A stretch of DNA of 51,256 nt from an uncultured Clostridia bacterium (GTDB taxonomy: Bacteria; Bacillota; Clostridia; Christensenellales; UBA1242), in contig CAMLSW010000001.1 in assembly GCA_946484195.1 (NCBI GenBank), forward strand, positions 1 to 51,256, given 5' to 3'. Positions within the stretch are counted from its first letter, which is position 1, and every line of letters begins with the position of its first letter. The notes beneath the pieces are model-generated. The model saw only the letters and a program-made list of their open reading frames with translations. It ran no database searches and was not told the origin of the DNA. Of this stretch, positions 46,559 to 51,256 are shown one piece after another. The position numbers were made by a program, and so were the translations under genes.

Positions 46559-46737
46559 AGGGATATTTCTTTATAATTAGTAATTATTGACGTTTAATTT
46601 TTACATATTAATCAAATTTAATTGTTTTGAATATAACATACCATTGCTAACAATCGTTTCTTGCCTAAAAAACTTGTATGACTATCTGTCTTAAGCGTAT
46701 GTTTATACAAAATTTTTAACACTCTTGCCATTTTTAA

Positions 46738-46766
46738 TTGTACTATTTTTTGTTTTATGCTATCAT
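46738..46766 (+). promoter_or_regulatory. sigma-A-type promoter placed for a leaderless transcript
   Basis: TTGTAC (46738-46743), a 17-nt spacer, an extended -10 TGcTATCAT (46758-46766), then 6 nt to ATG 46773. Confidence 0.5.
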
Positions 46767-46772
46767 ATCTTT

Positions 46773-47240
46773 ATGAAAGGATTAAAGGATATAATTAATA
46801 TTTTAATTGTTTCACTTGACGACAAATTTAGCAAACTAGTATCAGAAACTCTGTCTAGCCAGCTAGAGATGTTTAATGCTGACTGCAGAGATTTAATTAT
46901 ATATGACCTAGTAAATCCCAAAGAGATATTAGAAAAATGCGGTTTCGATTATCTAAAGAAAAGAGAACTTGGCGTTATTAAAAGCACTAGCAGTTACCAA
47001 GACACCGTGATATCAATCTCTTATGACTTATATAAGGAGTATAGCTTGCTCTTTTCACATTCGCTGATAGTTTATCTTAGATTGCCAAAAGAAAAAGTGC
47101 GAGGCGTGGCAAATTCAATATCATACCAAAGCCGAGACGAGTTTCTTGCATCAAACAATGATATTGAACTATATTTTGAAAGAAAGTCAAAATTAAATGC
47201 AACGAAACAAATTATAGAAAAATTAGGAGAGCTAAAATGA
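46773..47240 (+). CDS. shikimate-kinase-like protein lacking a P-loop (155 aa)
   Basis: Its size and pattern loosely align with AroK (NILIVSLDDKFSKLVSETLSSQLEMFNADCRDLI vs NIVLIGFMGxGKTTxGxxLAxxLGxxFxDxDxxI). The GxxGxGKT motif is replaced by SLDDKFSK. An ATGA overlap with tkt is present. The assignment is tentative. Confidence 0.4.
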   Translation: MKGLKDIINILIVSLDDKFSKLVSETLSSQLEMFNADCRDLIIYDLVNPKEILEKCGFDYLKKRELGVIKSTSSYQDTVISISYDLYKEYSLLFSHSLIVYLRLPKEKVRGVANSISYQSRDEFLASNNDIELYFERKSKLNATKQIIEKLGELK

Positions 47241-49195
47241 ATATTATAGATAAAACTTTAAATTATGTTAAATCGATTACGGCACAGATTATTTCAAATG
47301 CAGGTAGTGGGCATACGGGTGCGTCCTTGGGTATAAGCGCGATAATGCTTGCATTATTTAAGGAGCACTATAATTTCGACGTGTCCGATACCGATTTTTT
47401 AAATCGTGATAGGTTTGTTTTGTCGGCAGGGCACGCTGTACCTGTGTATTACACACTTTTATCTATGTTTGGCTTTGATGTTTCACTGCAAGATTTAAAA
47501 AACTTAAGAAAGCTTGGTAGCAAAACTCCTGGGCATCCAGAATACAGGATGACTGATGGCGTTGAGGTATCCACTGGTCCGCTTGGACAGGGTGTTGGCA
47601 ATGCAGTAGGTATGGCTATCGCTGAAACCTTGATGGCAGAGCGCTTTAACAGCGTGGGTTTTCCTATAATAGATAATTATACATATTGCCTTGTAGGCGA
47701 TGGCGACCTAATGGAAGGCGTAGCAATGGAGGCTTGCTCTCTTGCCGGCAGTTTAAATTTAAATAAACTTATTTTACTTTACGACTCAAATGATGTGACA
47801 ATAGACGGCTCACTCAACTTGTCAAACAGAGAAAACATAGCTAAAAAGTTTAAAGCGATGGGCTGGAATGTTATAAGATGCAGAAAGGGGAACAACTATT
47901 ATTCTTGTGTTCGCGCTATTGCAAGAGCTAAAAAGTCTGCCAAGCCGACTTTAATCATTTTCAAAACCACAATTGGCATTGGCACTGAAAAAGAGGGTAC
48001 TTCTTCTATTCACGGAATTGCTTTGAACAGTGAAGAGCTTAAGGCATTCAACAAAAAACTTGGTATTGATGAGAACTTTTACATTCCAAATGATGTGAGA
48101 GATTTTTGTATGTCAAGTTCTAGGCGTGGCAAGCTCAACCACGAGAAGTGGAACCAAGACCTCGCCGTTTATGCAACCTCAAACCCAGAATTATATAGAC
48201 AATTTGTTAGTTTCTTCGATAGAAAGAAGGTTGATATTGAAAAACTTTCACGCTCATCATATAAATGGGAAGGGCTAAGCGGACGAGATTTAAATAATGT
48301 TGTGCTAAATGAGTTTGCTCAAAAACTCACTCAGATTGTAGGCGGTAGTGCAGATTTGATGCATTCAACTAAGGCCTTTATTGAAAATGGCGGGCACTAC
48401 AATGTCGGTAACCGCAGAGGAAGAAACATCCATTTTGGCGTACGTGAGCACGCAATGGGCGCAATTGTAAATGGAATTAGTTTGTATGAAGATTTTATAC
48501 CATTTTGCTCAACCTTTTTGTCTTTTGCAAATTATATGTATCCAAGTATCAGACTTGCAAGCTCAATGAAACTGAATGTAATGTACTTCTTCACTCACGA
48601 CAGCATTTACGTTGGTCAAGATGGCAAATCACATCAACCAATCGAGCAACTACCACAACTTCGCTCCTTTATTGGCTTAAAGGTGTTCCGTCCGTGTGAT
48701 TCAAACGAGCTTCTAGCAGGTTATCAATATGCACTTTCAAATAATGGCCCTATTGCCTTTATTTTAAGTAGACAAAAGATGGCAGTTGTTGATGGGAAAT
48801 ATAAAGAGGCATTACAAGGCGCGTATATTCTAAAACAAGCGTCAAAAGATGTGGATGTTGTCATATATGCAACTGGCAGTGAGGTCAGCCTTGCGCTCAA
48901 TGTTGCAAATGAACTTGAAAAGAAATATTCGGTATCGGTTGTATCTATGCCTTGCCTTGAAATTTTTGAAGAGCAACCGCAAAATTACAAAAATAAAGTG
49001 TTACAGAAGAATGCTAAACTGAGAGTTGCTATTGAGGCGTCTAATGATAATGTTTGGTATAAATATGTGGGAGAAAACGGCTTAGTCATCGGAGTTACTG
49101 ACTATCAAGGCAGTGGTGACGGCAAAGAGGTGTACTCTAAGGCAGGCTTTAATGAAAAGGACATTGTCAGGGCAATAACAAGAAAACTTCAGTAG
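47237..49195 (+). CDS. tkt: transketolase
   Basis: AGSGHTGASLG, the ThDP motif GDGDLMEGV...YDSNDVTIDG, and the pyrimidine-binding and C-terminal domains are collinear with Tkt. GGAGAG RBS upstream. Confidence 0.93.
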   Translation: MNIIDKTLNYVKSITAQIISNAGSGHTGASLGISAIMLALFKEHYNFDVSDTDFLNRDRFVLSAGHAVPVYYTLLSMFGFDVSLQDLKNLRKLGSKTPGHPEYRMTDGVEVSTGPLGQGVGNAVGMAIAETLMAERFNSVGFPIIDNYTYCLVGDGDLMEGVAMEACSLAGSLNLNKLILLYDSNDVTIDGSLNLSNRENIAKKFKAMGWNVIRCRKGNNYYSCVRAIARAKKSAKPTLIIFKTTIGIGTEKEGTSSIHGIALNSEELKAFNKKLGIDENFYIPNDVRDFCMSSSRRGKLNHEKWNQDLAVYATSNPELYRQFVSFFDRKKVDIEKLSRSSYKWEGLSGRDLNNVVLNEFAQKLTQIVGGSADLMHSTKAFIENGGHYNVGNRRGRNIHFGVREHAMGAIVNGISLYEDFIPFCSTFLSFANYMYPSIRLASSMKLNVMYFFTHDSIYVGQDGKSHQPIEQLPQLRSFIGLKVFRPCDSNELLAGYQYALSNNGPIAFILSRQKMAVVDGKYKEALQGAYILKQASKDVDVVIYATGSEVSLALNVANELEKKYSVSVVSMPCLEIFEEQPQNYKNKVLQKNAKLRVAIEASNDNVWYKYVGENGLVIGVTDYQGSGDGKEVYSKAGFNEKDIVRAITRKLQ

Positions 49196-49302
49196 AAAGT
49201 TTTTACAAATGCAACAAAAAAAGACAAAATAATTAAAAATGATACAATTAAATAAAATCATTAAAAAGCACCTAATAGTATAATATATAAAGAGGTGCTT
49301 TT

Positions 49303-50223
49303 ATGGTAAATAAGAAAAGTATTGTTTTAAATGGGGTAAATGACAAGTCGCAAAGAGCGGTACTAACTATTGAATGCGATGGCGAAATATCGTCAGGAAG
49401 GGTAAGACTATATAATTTTGGCGTAGAGCCACAAGGCATAATAAGTTTAGGCATTAACGATGGCAAAACTGTAACTAAGGCAGGACTAACCCACTCTTCG
49501 GGTATGCTTTTTACCTTTATTTGCGAGCTTAAACAAATTCCAGACAATTTTTCGTGTGCCATTGTAAACTTTGTAAATGGCGAGCCTAAGCCAATTCTCT
49601 ATGGATGCAGTGAAGGCTATAAAGATAAAGAAGAGATTTTTGACCAGGTCATAACATCTCTTAATAAAAGTAAGAATGTAAAAGATGTGGAAGAAGTTTT
49701 AAACACATATGGCGTTGATTATGCCGACGATGAAAAGGTAGAGATTGAAAGCCTTATAGATAAAGAGGTCAGTGCCTGTCAAAAAGATTGCGATAACTGC
49801 GAGTATAAAAAGTTTTACCTAAGCCACACCAAGAAGATGTCTAATGATAATGCGAAAAATGACAAGGGGGAGGTTGCAAAAGAAAATAAATTCTATAACG
49901 AGATGAAAAAACAAATAGATGACCTCTTTGCAAATAATCCGAGTGAGAATTATCTTGAACAGTTGCTTCCAAACTCAAAATGGGTTAAGGTTAGCATAGA
50001 CGACAATGGCGATTACTATGTCCTAGGCTTGCTTTATGAGGGCGAGAATTTGAAGTATATTTGTTATGGAGTGCCTGGAGTTTATCAAAAGTATCCGCCT
50101 AGAGAGCTTTCTGGTTATCCAATTTGGTTTCCGCTTGACGAAAACAGTCCAGAGGGATTTGGTTACTGGCTTTCCTATCAAGATGCAAACAGCGGTGAAA
50201 GCGTTAAGGCTGTAGTAATATAG
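49303..50223 (+). CDS. hypothetical protein (306 aa), conserved-looking C-terminal domain
   Basis: AGAGGTG RBS upstream. It has a cysteine cluster CQKDCDNCEY and the C-terminus YYVLGLLYEGENLKYICYGVPG...GYPIWFPLD...GFGYWLSYQDANSG. No family is assigned. Confidence 0.6.
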   Translation: MVNKKSIVLNGVNDKSQRAVLTIECDGEISSGRVRLYNFGVEPQGIISLGINDGKTVTKAGLTHSSGMLFTFICELKQIPDNFSCAIVNFVNGEPKPILYGCSEGYKDKEEIFDQVITSLNKSKNVKDVEEVLNTYGVDYADDEKVEIESLIDKEVSACQKDCDNCEYKKFYLSHTKKMSNDNAKNDKGEVAKENKFYNEMKKQIDDLFANNPSENYLEQLLPNSKWVKVSIDDNGDYYVLGLLYEGENLKYICYGVPGVYQKYPPRELSGYPIWFPLDENSPEGFGYWLSYQDANSGESVKAVVI

Positions 50224-50273
50224 GTGAACGCGAGAGCATATTTTAATTAAAAGTTAAACATTTAAGGGGAAGT

Positions 50274-51197
50274 ATGAAAATATTTTTAATTGTGCTATTA
50301 TCAATTTTAGTGTTTATTTTGGTGGTTTTTGCGCTATATTTGCTAATAGGATATATAACGTTTAGATTTGCAATGTCACGTAATGGCAAGTTTAAAAAGG
50401 GTATTGAATTGAAAAGTAAAATAGCGCTTTCAAAGCAACCAGAAATAAGCGACTACTTTGCTGACTTTGAAAAAATAGTAATTCAAAGCAATGAAGACCT
50501 CAAGCTTTATGGATTTTATAAAAATAATGATAAGGACAAGCTTGCCCTTCTTGTTCACGGTTATGGCGGAAGCCACTATGACACTTATAGTTATGCCAAG
50601 ATTTTTGAAGAGCGAGGGTATGATATACTTGCTGTCGATCTAAGAGCGCACGGAGAAAGCGAAGGTGATTATCTCACGATGGGATTATATGAGCATTATG
50701 ACGTTATAAAGTGGATAGAGAAGATGCTAGAGCTTAAGCGTAACTATAAGATAGTGCTATTTGGAGTATCAATGGGTGCAAGCACTGTTTGTATGACGCT
50801 TGGAGAAAATCTGCCAAATAATGTCATATGTGCAATTGAAGATTGCGGTTATAATAACGCCAACAATGAATTTAAACACGTCTATTCTAAAACAAAATTT
50901 ATCAAACTATTTTATAGAATTTTTTATAATTACACACTAAAATCAAGAGGCATAGATTTAAAGAAAATTGATGCGGTAGAGAAATTAAAAAAGTCTAAAT
51001 TACCAATCTTATTCATTCACGGCGAGAAAGATGACTTTGTGCCAACAGCGATGGTATACAATCTCTACGATGCCGTTCCAGAAAGCAGGCGAGATATCTA
51101 TATAGCAAAAGACGCCACGCACACTAAAAGCATTGATGTAAATGTTAAGGAATATAAGCGTAGACTTGACAGATTTTTGACCAAATATTGTGTTTAA
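50274..51197 (+). CDS. membrane-anchored alpha/beta-fold hydrolase
   Basis: It has an N-terminal TM, the oxyanion LVHGYGGS, the nucleophile elbow GVSMGAS, and a late HGEKDDFVP...H triad context. AAGGGGAAG RBS upstream. Confidence 0.8.
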   Translation: MKIFLIVLLSILVFILVVFALYLLIGYITFRFAMSRNGKFKKGIELKSKIALSKQPEISDYFADFEKIVIQSNEDLKLYGFYKNNDKDKLALLVHGYGGSHYDTYSYAKIFEERGYDILAVDLRAHGESEGDYLTMGLYEHYDVIKWIEKMLELKRNYKIVLFGVSMGASTVCMTLGENLPNNVICAIEDCGYNNANNEFKHVYSKTKFIKLFYRIFYNYTLKSRGIDLKKIDAVEKLKKSKLPILFIHGEKDDFVPTAMVYNLYDAVPESRRDIYIAKDATHTKSIDVNVKEYKRRLDRFLTKYCV

Positions 51198-51256
51198 TAA
51201 ATTTATTCATAAAGTAATTTTATTAAAAAAATAATTATTAATTAAATATATTTATT

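Noticed and set aside
1-51256. Alternative genetic code (TGA=Trp, as in Mollicutes), considered because of the AT-richness.
   Set aside because: TGA is used as a functional stop in the ATGA-overlap gene pairs at 2716, 45410 and 47237. Very long conserved ORFs (rpoB, rpoC, mfd and the 3,887-aa gene) are intact under the standard code.

Overview
This is a 51.3-kb chromosomal segment from a low-G+C Firmicute. It looks Clostridia-like: it uses the standard genetic code with TGA as a stop, its coding DNA is moderately AT-rich, and most intergenic spacers are almost pure A/T. Most of the window is housekeeping or sporulation-lineage backbone. On the left is a rearranged version of the Firmicute glmU-(prs)-pth-mfd-prsA neighbourhood, with a MOP flippase, a DUF421/DUF4363 pair, a degenerate GlmU-like gene, pth, mfd and a PrsA-like foldase lipoprotein. 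Next comes a run of membrane and secreted proteins that ends in an M23 (SpoIIQ-like) peptidase, an orphan acpP and spoIIID. These are followed by fba, a lipoprotein, hflX, a DUF1858 protein and a PRC-barrel protein. Further right are rpoB-rpoC, a stand-alone tRNA-Glu(CUC), a patatin-like lipase coupled to a membrane-anchored ComEC-type metallo-beta-lactamase protein, a P-loop-less shikimate-kinase-like protein coupled to tkt, a hypothetical protein and an alpha/beta hydrolase. No transposase, integrase, CRISPR array, rRNA or obvious prophage genes were seen. The most unusual content is at 20.7-35.4 kb. There, a stand-alone VirB3(PrgI)-VirB4 fusion ATPase sits with no other type IV secretion or conjugation genes around it. 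Immediately downstream and co-oriented is a single 11,664-nt gene for a 3,887-aa lipoprotein built from Ig-like segments and three GLUG-type beta-helix modules. Together they occupy the position directly upstream of rpoB, where rplKAJL normally lies. I propose this pair as a candidate undescribed ATPase-plus-giant-adhesin surface system; this is a hypothesis, not a demonstration. Secondary observations are: (1) at least five genes have a consensus -10 box 6-7 nt upstream of the ATG and no Shine-Dalgarno sequence, which suggests leaderless mRNAs; (2) a promoter plus intrinsic-terminator arrangement lies in the rpoB leader; (3) a relatively G+C-rich, repeat- and hairpin-dense ~0.5-kb non-coding region lies downstream of tRNA-Glu and includes a perfect 52-bp direct repeat; (4) several enzyme-derived proteins appear to have lost their catalytic motifs.
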